Below the pieces are notes generated by a model. The model made no database searches, was not told the DNA's origin, and saw only the letters and a list, made by a program, of their open reading frames with translations. Below, piece after piece: positions 1-11,706 of a stretch of DNA of 64,000 nucleotides. The stretch's first letter is position 1; every line of letters starts with the position of its first letter. The DNA is from the human T2T-CHM13v2.0 reference genome, Homo sapiens, in assembly GCF_009914755.1 (NCBI RefSeq), contig NC_060931.1. The stretch is one strand, 5' to 3'. A program made the position numbers and the translations under genes.

Positions 1-7
1 AGAACGC

Positions 8-310
8 GGCCAGGCGCAGTGGCTCATGCCTGTAATCCCAGCACTTTGGGAAGCTGAGGCAGGCGAATCACCCGAGGTCAGGACTTTGAGACCAGCGTGG
101 CCAAAATACTGGCCACAGCGTGGCCCCTTCTCTACTAAAAATACAAAAATTAGCTGGGCGTGGTGGCGGCCACCTGTAATCCAAGCTACTCAAGAGGCAG
201 GAGAATTGCTTGAACCCAGGAGGTGGAGGTTGCAGTGAGCCCAGATAGCGCCATTGTACTCCAGCCTGGGTGACAGAGCGAGACTCCGTCTCAATAAAAA
301 AGAAAAGAAA
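8..310 (+). mobile_element. AluS (Sx-like) SINE
   Basis: GGCCAGGCGCAGTGGCTCATGCCTGTAATCCCAGC start, dimeric structure with TACTAAAAATACAAAAATTAGC linker, A-rich tail. Confidence 0.93.
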
Positions 311-591
311 ATGCAGTGCAATGAAAGGCAGAATAGAAAAAAAGTAAGGAAGAACAAAAGAGGCAAACAAAAGAAACATCCCAAGAAAGTAGATTCAGAC
401 TCAATTACATTAATAATGATATTAAAAGTAAATGGAAATTCCTACAATGCAATTATAAGAAGACAACCCAACTGACAAAATGGACAAAGATTTAAATAGA
501 GACTTTACCAATGAAGATATGGCTAATAAGCATACGAGAAGATTACTGACAACATTAGTCATTAGGGAAATGCAAATTAAAATCACAAGGA

Positions 592-905
<314 letters not shown>

Positions 906-1334
906 AAATCACAATGATATACCATTTCATACTCACCAGAATGAGTTTCATTACAAAGACTAACAATACCAAATATTGATGAGAATTTAGAGAAATGTGA
1001 CTCTAAATTGCTGGTGTGAATGTAAAAACAGCCACTTTGGAAGACGATTTAGCAGTTTTTTTTTTTAAAAAAGTTTAATACACTTTAGAAGAAGACAAAG
1101 CAATACCACTCCTAAGTACATCCAAGATAAATGAAAATCTATGTCTACACAGAGACTTGAAATTGAGTGTTTATATTACAATAGTTACATCTAAATGGCC
1201 CAACACATCCATTAACTGGTACATGGTTAAGCAAATGTGGCATATCAATGAAGTGGGATACTAGTAAAAAAGAGAAAGAATGAATATTGATACGTGCTTT
1301 ATCATGGATGAACTTCAAAACCATTAAGCTAAGT

Positions 1335-1512
1335 GAAGAAGGAGGAGGAGGAGGAGGAGGAAAGGAAGGCAAGCGGACAGGAAGGAAGAAGGGAGGAGGA
1401 GGAGGAGGAGGAGGAAAGGAAGGCAGGCAGGCAGGAAGGAAGGAAGAAGGGAGGAGGAGGAGAGGGAAGGAAGGAAGGAAGGAAGGAAGGAAGGAAGGAA
1501 GGAAGGAAGGGA
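1335..1512. repeat. Polypurine (GGA)n/(GGAA)n compound microsatellite
   Basis: Almost entirely purine; 11 consecutive GGAA at 1465-1508. Confidence 0.97.
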
Positions 1513-2878
1513 GACCACCACACAAAATACACATAGGTTTCAATTTATTTGAAATCCTTAGAAAAGAAGAATCTATAAGGACAGAAGTATATTGGTGGTT
1601 GTCTTGGTCTGGGCATAGAAATAAGAATTAATTGTAAATGGGCATAAAGGATTTTATGTGATGTAAACATTTGAAAACTGGATTATGGAACCTCGTGAGT
1701 TTATGAAAACTCATTGAATTGTACATTTCAAATTGGTTAATGTATTGTATCTAAATTATATTTAATAAAGTTGTTAAATAAGAAGTAAATGAAGTAAACA
1801 CTCAGAATAAAAGGCAGAGATTTTCAGATTGCATAAAAAAGCAGGACATAATTTTGTTTAAAAGAAACACTTTATTAAAGGCTCAAATAAGTTAAAAGTA
1901 AAAGAATGGAAAATATATACTATTAAAACAATCATGAGCGGAAGCTGAAGTAACTATATTAATATCAGACTAAGTACATTCCAAACCAAGCAATATGAAT
2001 GACTCAAAGAGGATTATTTCATGATGATAAAAGGGTAAAATCATCAGGAGAACATAAACAGACTTAAGATGCATGCATCTAATAAACTACCTTCAAAAAT
2101 CTGTAAGCCAGAAGTAGAACTGAAAAAAGAAATATAAAAATCCATAATTAGAGTTACAGATTTCAACCGTTATCATTTTAGTATTTGATAGAACCAGTAA
2201 ACAAAAGCCAACCTGATCTAATGGATATTTACAGAAAACTTCACTAAACAGCAGACAAACACACATTATTTGAAAGTACACTTGGAAAGTTTATCAAGAT
2301 CATAAACTGTGGCAAAAATTGAGACTCAGTACATTTAAAATAATTGAAATCAGACAAAGTTTTCTGAACACAATGGAATAAGACTAAAAATCAACAGACA
2401 GATAAATAGAAAATTCCTAGGCAATTGCAGTATAACCATATACTTTTAAATAACCCATGGATCAAATAAGGTATCAGAAAGAAAATAAAAAGATGTTTTG
2501 ATCAGATGAAAATGAAAACCAAATATATCAAAAAAAATATTTATAGGATAAAGCTGAAGTGCTTGGAGAGAAATTTACAGTACTAAATGCTTATATTAGA
2601 AAAGAATAAAAGTCTAAAATAACTAAGATTCACTGTGCAGGAGCTTGAAAAAGCAGAACAAATTAAACTGAGACAAAGAGAAAGATGGAAATGATAAGAA
2701 AATAATTACAAAGAATGCAGGCTTTTATGAACATGTAAGAATCATGTTATGTAATTCATCATAATATCATACTTAAAAAAGAAAAAAGTATATGATTATC
2801 TAAATAGGTACAGAAATAGCATGAGACAAAATTCAACATTCACTCATAATAAAACCCTCCAAAAAAACAGAAATAGGA

Positions 2879-3229
<351 letters not shown>

Positions 3230-5311
3230 CTATGAAAAAATCTACAGCTAATATTACTTAATAAAGAATTGAATGTTTTATTCCTAAGATCAGGAAAAGG
3301 GGAAGGATGTTTGCTCTTACCACTTCCATTCAACATTTTTATAGAGATTCTACCAGTATAATAAAGTAAGATAAAAAAGAATTATACATATTGGAAAGGA
3401 AATGAAACTGTCTTTATTCATAGGAAACATAATTATTTATGTACAAAATCCTAAAGATTGTACAATATCTACTAGAACCAACAAGTTAGCTTAGCAAAAT
3501 AGCAAAACAAAGTCAAAATCCAACTGTATTTTATATACTACTGATGAATAATTGGAAAATAGTATTACACAATTCAGTGCCACTTACAATAACATAGAAA
3601 TATGAAAACCTGGGAGATAAAATATCAAAAATATGTATACAACCTCTACATTATAAACTAAAAAGTGTTATTGAGAGAAATTAAAGAAGATGTACATAAA
3701 TGGAGATATAAAATGATGTTAATGAGTCAGGAAACTCAATATTATTTTTATTTTAATTTCCCCAAATTTATAGATTTTTTGCAATCTCAGTAAAAATCCC
3801 TGGAGGATTTTACATAGAAATTAACAAGATGATTCTAAAATGTTTATGAAAATGAAAAGTCTTCGAATAGCCAAAACCATATTAGTAAACAACGACAAAA
3901 TGGAAAACTCACATTAACTGAATTCAAGACTTCCTATATAAGCCTACAGTAACTGACAGTGTGATTGGTGAAATATCGAATAGACCTGTATATCAAATGC
4001 CTTTCTTTCAAGTAAAGCCAGTAAAACACAGTAGAATTATAAAATAGAGAAATTGCAGAGTAATCCTTTTTAAAAGGAGCCCAATATTTCAGAAATAAGT
4101 AAGTTGATTCAGATGTTTAAATTACAGTTTGATTAATGTAGTAGGAGTTGAGAGAAAAAGTCATACACAGAGTTAAATACCCAAACCAGAATGGGTTCAC
4201 GGGAATAGGATATGAAGGTCTGATGAGTTAACAAATACATTGCCAGGCACTGATATTCAAGAATCTATGTTATTTACTATTTTGAGGATAACACCAAAAG
4301 TGTAGAAGTTATATTTGTTTGTTTTGGAAGATTAAGTTTACTTGGAAAATATAGAAAGACAGATGCATATAACTTAAGGGTATACTACAGAAGCTCAGCC
4401 ACATGCACATAAATGTATCCTGGAGGGATACAGAAGAAATAATTACAAATGACTAAAACTCTTAGAAGCATTGGAGCTGGAAATGAGGGTGAACTGAATC
4501 AATATAATATCCTCTAATATTATTTAGAATTTTAATATTTATATATTTTATTCTTATAATAATGAGAAAATGACTCATTAAAACTTGTATCTGGTTCTAC
4601 CCAGTGCCTCATATAGAGCCAAGCTTAGAAGAGGTACTTAATGAACAGTTGATGTCTTGTTACACATGTAAAATAACTTTTAAGGGGTTAAATAGAATAA
4701 TAATTTCAAATTAAAACTGTACAAAATAAGAATAGAGTGGAAAATGAGTAGGAACAGCAGATTTAATGGAAGGAGTTGCTTTAGTTGCACGATCATGGTG
4801 ATTTTTGTTGTTTTGGTGAAGAGGGTATTACACATAAACAAATTTGTAAGCCCGTTTTGTAAATGCTTCCCTAGGGGCTTTGGTATGCCCATCAGCAAGA
4901 GGTGAATCATGCAGAGAACTCCAGGGAAGAAAGCTAAACAGCAATTCACTTTCTTTCTGTGCTTTGCATTCAGATAGATATGCAAATAGGTTCAGTGAAG
5001 TGAACCTGGTTACAATATCACTTTGAAACTCATGTAAATTATTTTAAATGGGCAGAATACAGACCAGCTCATGAGTTTAATTTATCTCTTTTTTGAATCA
5101 CGTGGTTTTGGTATCATTTTGAAGTGATGCTGATTAGTTCATTTGAAGGACATGCATAAAGCATAAAAGTATTTGCTTCTTTATGCTTATTTTGTATGAT
5201 ACATGCATATGTCTGTTGTACACATTATATATAAATTTAAATAAAAATATATGATACTGAACAGTAAAAAACACTCATATATGTATATATACATTTGTAT
5301 GTGTATATGTC

Positions 5312-5359
<48 letters not shown>
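5312..5359. repeat. (ATCT)12 tetranucleotide STR
   Basis: Perfect 48-bp ATCT run. Confidence 0.98.
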
Positions 5360-6018
5360 GATTAATCATCTCCTGGTTTTTCTAGAGAAGAATAACCCAT
5401 TGAACCTTTGGGCCTAACACAAGAATCTCATTTACTTATCAATACATTTATTCAATCTTTTATTCATTCTTCTATGTCCTAGGTGTCATGGGTTTAAGAA
5501 AAATCAAAATAAAGGAAAATAAAATTTTCCAACGTTACCCAACTGGTGGCTTCTTAACTGTTTCTGAAGTCAGTTCTAGCTGCCACCCACTAACTTATAG
5601 CTAATTAGGTCCAAGAAAGACAGTTAATTGATTGGTGAGTTGTGGCTCATATCGAAATGCAGAATCTTTCTCCATGTTTTCCCAGAGCTAATAGGTTGGT
5701 GCAAAAGTAAATAGCTTGGATAATCATAAAGTGAGTTATAATTCTTCAAAATAATATCACTGAAACTGTAAAGGGAGAGAAAGAAGAAAGAGGTACATTG
5801 TCTCTTTTCCAAAAGACATAACTGAAACTTTTGTATCTGTCTCTTATTCTATGATTCCATCGTCTCTTTTGGCATTAATTTTTCTAATACACAAAATGAT
5901 GGCTAGGATTAGAAACAAGAATCCTCAGAAGATGGCTGTCAGGATCAAAGGAGTGATAGGAAGATAGAGAAGGCAAGTACATCACCATATCTCAAAGTAT
6001 GTTATTCAAAACATACTT

Positions 6019-6192
6019 ATTACTCAAAGCATGGCCCGTGTTTCAGCAGCAGTGGCATCGCCTAGAGCTTTTAAAAGTTGCAGAAGCTTAGGCACCCTGC
6101 AAACAGATTGAATTAGAATCTGCATTTTACAGAAATCCTCCAGAAATACCTTCCAGGTATTTTATATGTCCATAAACATTTGAGAAGCATAG
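6019..6192. mobile_element. MER5-type hAT-Charlie DNA transposon relic
   Basis: TACTCAAAGCATGGCCC...GAATTAGAATCTGCATTTTAC...TTTGAGAAGCA motifs. Confidence 0.7.
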
Positions 6193-6637
6193 GATTTAAA
6201 AATAGACTTGCTTGGGAAAGAGGATTTTTTGAGGAAATGGACCACCCAAAGTTCATCCAGAAGTGGCACACTGTCCTATATCATGGGGACACCTGCACAG
6301 ATTTGGAAAAAGTTGCAGGATATAGGCAGGTTTGCGTTCCCAGAGAGGGATCCTGCCTCCTCATCTACCTTCTTCAAATGCAAATACGAGCTAGAGCTCA
6401 GGCAATTACCAGGGTTTAGACACCAACTGCAAAGAGTTGTCTGAGCCCTAGCTGATGGTACCTGGTGACTTTCTGAGAAATTAATTTCAGGTTATTGGAG
6501 GACATGGGACGCTGGTAACATGGCAGGTTAATTTGGATACAATCAGCTCTTACCGGAAATGGAAAACTCCCCTTCTCGTGACCTTGCAGAGGTTTTTTTT
6601 GGACAATCCTATGAGTCTCTCCCCATACATTAAATAA

Positions 6638-6713
6638 GTATATATATATATACACACATATATATATGTATATATACATATATGTGTATATATATGTATA
6701 TATACATATATAT
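6638..6713. repeat. (TA)n/(CA)n low-complexity dinucleotide tract
   Basis: TATATATATATACACACATATATATATGTATATATAC... Confidence 0.9.
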
Positions 6714-6869
6714 AAAAGTCCATGTATTATGTATTATACTGTGTTACAGTGCCTGCCCCATGGTAGACCTCCATAAATAATCACTATCATTTTTATTTGT
6801 ATCCACATAAAAACAAATGTTGGCAGTCATCATTGACTTATAGTTTGCCCAGTCTCAACCAAATCACCT

Positions 6870-7266
6870 TGTTATGGGATGAATTTTGTTCCTCTCCCCA
6901 CTAAATTCATATGTTGAAACCTTAACCCTTAATGTGATGGTATAGGGAGACAGGGCCTGTGAGGAGGTGATAAAAATTAAATAAGGTCATAAGAGTGGGT
7001 CCCTAATTAGAGAAGGCAGGTGCCTTTATAAGAACAGGAAGAGACACCAAAACTCCTTCTCTTTAAGGACACTGAGAAAGACTGTGTGAGCACATAGCAA
7101 AAACGTAGCCATCTACAAACCAGGAAGACAGCCCTCATCAAAAATTGACCATGAGGGCCCCCTGATCTTAGACTTTTGGCTCCCAGAACTGTGCAAAATA
7201 CTTCTGTTAATTAAATCACCCATTCTATAGTACTATAGTACTCATTCTATAGCCTGAGCTAATACA
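6870..7266 (+). mobile_element. MLT1A-type MaLR solo LTR
   Basis: TG...CA ends (TGTTATGGG...GCTAATACA), AATTCATATGTTGAAACCTTAACCC motif; 5-bp TSD CACCT/CTCCT. Confidence 0.85.
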
Positions 7267-7986
7267 CTCCTTTATTTTCACCATGTTGGTTCATTTAGTC
7301 AGCTCTCCCTCATCCTATATGTGTAAGATGATTTTTTTCACCAAATTACAGAACTATGCTTTTTTCCTGTTAAATTTTGTCTATTATGATCAATAGAATT
7401 CAAATCAAAGCAGTCTGTTCTTCTATTTTATAATAAATTATTGTGCACAAGATTTTTGCTCATACTACTACAATCCGTTGTGTTTGCTGCCCATCAGCCC
7501 AACTGTTTTCTCTCTCGCCATTCTCTTGCTTCTACTCTGTTTTTTCTTGGGCTCTGTGCTCATTAGTTTATCAGGAGATCCCTCCTGTCAAAAGGAAAAA
7601 AAGGAATGGTGTGAAGGTCACTGGAAAAGTTGGAGATAGAGCAATGGTTCTCAACCTTCACTACGTATTTGCTGATATCTGGTTCATACCCAAAGACATT
7701 CTCACTTAACTTCACATAGGTGCTCTCTTAGGATTGGGAGTTTTAAAAGATTCCCAGGAGATTCTAAGCAGTCAATTGAGACAATTCATTGTAATTTTCA
7801 GCCAGAGTGATTATAACTCAAACTGGTGAGATTATGTGCATACCTGCCTGGTGGGGACTGCCTTTTGGAAAGGTTTGGAAATGCTAACCAGGCTAACAGT
7901 TTTGGGCATCTGTCCATAGAGTCTTTCTGAGTTTTGTGTAATCATGTGTAAATTGGGACCATCCTACGCCTATATCAGCTTAATTA

Positions 7987-9186
7987 TGGTCCTGCACTGC
8001 ATAACGCTGTTGAAGTAAGTGACGGGCCACATTTGTGACAAGGTGCCCTAAGATTATAAGGGAACTGAAAAATTCCTATCACATAGTGATGTTATAGCTG
8101 TCCTAACATCATAGTGCAACGTGTTACTCTTGTGTTTGTGGCGTTGCTGGTGTAAACAAAGCTACTGGGCTGCCAGTCATATAAAAGTCTAGCAATACAA
8201 TCATGTACAGCAATACATAATCCTTGATAAACAACTTTTACTGCTTTATGTATTTACTATACTGCATTTTAAAATGTCATTTTACAGTGTATTTTTCTAT
8301 TTATATTTAAAAAGTGTTAACTGTAAAACAGCCTCAGATGGGTCCTTCAGGAGGGATTCCAGAAGAAGGCATTGTTTTCATAGGAGTTGACAGCTCCATG
8401 TATGCTCTTGCCCCTGAAGACCTTCCAGTGGGACAAGACGTGGAGGTGGAAGATGGTGATATTGATGATCCTGACCCCGTGTAGACCTAGGCTAATGTGT
8501 GTGTTTGTGTCTTATTTTTAAGAAAAGTTTTAAAAGTAAAATAATGAAAAGAAAAAAATTTTAAAAATAGAAAAAAGCTTATAGAACACAGATATAAAGA
8601 AAAAAATATATTTGTGTACCTGTACAATGTATTTGTGTTTTAAACTGTTACCAAAAAAGAGTCAAAATGCTAAATAAAAAAAAGTTTGTAAAGTAAAAAC
8701 ATTACAGTAACCTATGGTTAATTTATTATAGAAAGAAAAATATTTTTATATAAATTTAGTGTAGCCTACTTGTACAGTGTTTATAAGATCTACTTTAGCA
8801 TACAGTAATGTCCTAGGCCTTTACATTCACTCACCACTCACTCACCACTCACCCAGAGCAGCTTCCAGTCCTGTAAGCTGTATTCATGGTAATTGCCCTA
8901 TACAAGTGTACCATTTTTTTCTTTTATACTGTGTTTTTACTTTACCTTTTCTATGTTTAGATACACAAATGCTTTTCATGTGTTACAACTGCCTACAGTA
9001 CTCAGTATACATACACAGTACTCAGTACGCTATAATGCTGTACAGGTGCTAGGAGAAATGGGCTATACCAAATAGCCTAGGGGTGAGCAGGCTGTACCAT
9101 CTCGGTTTGTGTAAATATACTCTGTGAGGTCCACACAACGATGCATTTCTCAGAACGCATCCCCATTTTTAAGTGATACATGACTG
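7987..9186 (+). mobile_element. Tigger3b-like (TcMar-Tigger) non-autonomous DNA transposon
   Basis: Degenerate TIRs TGGTCCTGCACTGCATAAC / TTAAGTGATACATGACTG, TA dinucleotide on both sides, ~1.2 kb length, AAGATTATAAGGGAACTGAAAAATTCCTATC. Confidence 0.85.
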
Positions 9187-9292
9187 TACTAGGTTTACTA
9201 TTCACATAAGAGGCCAGCAGGCAGGAAAGAAAGAGCCAAGTCTTTCTGAAGAGTTATCTTGGAGAAGTGCAGAGTGGCCTTCTCATCCACAT

Positions 9293-9560
9293 AATTCATT
9301 TTTTCATTCGGCAAACACTAACTGAGCATTTAGTGCCAGGCACTTGTTGTACAGTAGCAAAAACTTTACCTGCAACAAAGCTTATCATCTGTTAGAAAAT
9401 ACAAATATTAAAGAAATAATCAAAGAAATAAATGTATACCTAAAATATCATAAGGGCCATGAAGGAAAGTTCATGGTGTTATGCAAGAGTAGAAGGGGTC
9501 TTGATTTGGCTGATAGGCATTTCAGGAAGGCAATCCAATGTCTCTGGGAAGCTAGAACTT
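9293..9560 (-). mobile_element. L2 3' fragment
   Basis: ATTCATT...ACTGAGCATTTAGTGCCAGGCACT, reverse complement of the L2 3' end. Confidence 0.6.
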
Positions 9561-10825
9561 TTGTGTGGCTCACAGCAGAGAAGTTCTCTAGTCTCTAGTG
9601 TCTCCTTGAGGTTTAGGGTATCATCAGAACATATAAGCCAGGATATGGGGCTCCTGGAGGGGGTGGGCTGACCACTTCTTCTTCCCACTCCCACCGAAAT
9701 GCACTTTCTTCTGCCCTCTGTTTCAGACTCTCAAATCAGCCCATTATTACACCCCACCTTCCCATTCCAGCATCACTGCCTGCTCCTTGCCCTCCCTCCT
9801 CATCCTTTTTCCTTGCTAAAGTTTAAGCATGGCTTTTCTTTCTGACTGTTACCATAGATCCTAACCCAGAAGGCTCACCTACTTTGTTTGGTTATACTGG
9901 AATATTAATTGCATAGTTTCAAAGAGAAAAAATAACACTCTATTTCATAAATACTGAAGATACTTTTTAATTTAAAAGGTGTTCTCAAAAACGTGTGATA
10001 AGAGAGGAAAGGGGAGGGTGTATTGTGTAGACTAAGATGATACACAAACACATCTGGGGAAACAAGAGGAATGCTTTGCAATAATAGTCAGCTGCTCTCT
10101 GTGTGCAGCAAGGTTTGTGTGCTTCTTGGAGAAAGTATTGGGAAGAAAGAAGGCGAGTACGTTTATATTTAGAGTGAGGTAGTTAATCTTGTCTGTTTCA
10201 CACATATTACTCATTGCTTTTGAATTAGTTTGAGATAATGTTTTTATCTCAGTAAGGATAATTTTGGTGATTTACTGTTAACATATAGGACAATGAAAAT
10301 AAAAAGATAAAAGGCTAGATAATCCCATTACTCTTAAATAGTCAATTATAAATGTTAGGTTCTTTTACCATAGAGATATTAAGCAACTTGTAGAGAAGCT
10401 CTTTGGGAAATAATTTCATCTTAAATAAGACTACTATCAAAATAGCTATCTTTTCCATTTGTTAACATCTAACCTACTTTTATCTTTATATTTAATGAGG
10501 ATTTCTTATAGGTAGGTGGCATTATCTTCTTATTAAGTTATTTAACTATTAACTATTAACTTTTGTTTTTATTTAAGTTCAGGAACTTTGCAGATCTCTT
10601 ATTAACTCTTCAGTTAATAATGAGGTAAGTCTTAAGTAAATATTCAAATTTTATCTAAGTTTTTTTTCACTTAATAGTGCCATCGTGAGTTCAGAGAAGA
10701 CATTGAATAAGGATGAGAGGTGATTGATAAAGGGAGAAATGTGGAAGAATAATTTTTTATTCAAATACATAAAATTTTACCTATTTAGAGATTTTTTTAA
10801 GTTTATCTTCTGCATTTTTAAAAAC

Positions 10826-10945
10826 TTTTAATTGATTATTTTAATGGACACATTGTATTTGTATATATTTATGGGGTACAACTTGGTATCTTGATATATG
10901 TCGTATGATGATCAAATAAGGATAGTTATTGTATTCATCACCTCA
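10826..10945 (-). mobile_element. L1MA-type 3' end fragment
   Basis: TTGTATATATTTATGGGGTACAA...TGATCAAATAAGG...TTCATCACCTCA. Confidence 0.65.
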
Positions 10946-10949
10946 TGTA

Positions 10950-11271
10950 CTTCTGATGAAGACACCGAAAGCAATTGGGACAAAAGCAAAATTGGCAAAT
11001 GGGATCTAATTAAACTAAAGAGCTTCTACACAGCAAAAGAAACTATCAACAGAGTAAGCGGACAACCTACAGAATGGGAGAAAATTTTTGCAAACTGCAT
11101 CCAACAAAGGTCTACTATCCAGCGGGAGGGATCACAGAAAATAACTTGTGGGTACTAGGTGTAATACCTGGGTGATGAAATAATTTGTACTGCAAATCCC
11201 CGTGACACGAGTTTACCTATATAACAAACCTGCACATGCACTCCTGAACTTAAAAGTTAAAAAAAAAAAAA
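10950..11271 (+). mobile_element. L1PA (13-16 age) 3' fragment with an internal deletion
   Basis: ORF2 piece ([23 protein letters not shown]) joined directly to the terminal 3'UTR and poly(A). Confidence 0.85.
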
Positions 11272-11354
11272 GAGAGAGAGAGAAAATGGTTTAGGCATTC
11301 AAAAAACTAATAGGTATTTTAAGAATGTAACTAATAATAGAAATTGGTAGGTAG

Positions 11355-11545
11355 CAAGCACTTACATTTCACAAAGCATATGTGGATGCATTACTCCATT
11401 TAAAGAACAAAGCCCGGCGTGGGGAGACACTCATATAATGGAAACACTGGAACTCTGAGATTGATCCGGACCCACAAAGCTCCCTAATGGCCAACCTAGG
11501 ATACACTCAGACTTGGGACTGTTTAGCTCCACGTCTCGTGGTCTT
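11355..11545 (-). mobile_element. MIR relic
   Basis: Degenerate MIR core (GGAAACACTGGAACTCTGAGA...GACTGTTTAGCTCC...GTGGTCTTT). Confidence 0.45.
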
Positions 11546-11671
11546 TATATGTGTCACAGTTAAGAATCAGACCGTGACAGACACAAATCATGTGAAACGG
11601 CGTCCCTCTCTCTCTCACCCATTGATCCCCCGCAGTTGTAGATGTGATTCTGCTTCCTAGTAAAAGAAACT

Positions 11672-11706
11672 TGCAATAAGAGTATGTGTCCACTAGAGGG
11701 CCGAAC
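11672..11706 (+). promoter_or_regulatory. Candidate CTCF binding site with upstream module
   Basis: Core CCACTAGAGGGC at 11690-11701; TGCAAT begins 18 nt upstream; lies in non-repeat sequence. Confidence 0.6.

Noticed and set aside
1145-1631. Overlapping low-complexity ORFs (poly-G/E/P, KEGR repeats)
   Set aside because: Translations of the GGA/GGAA microsatellite
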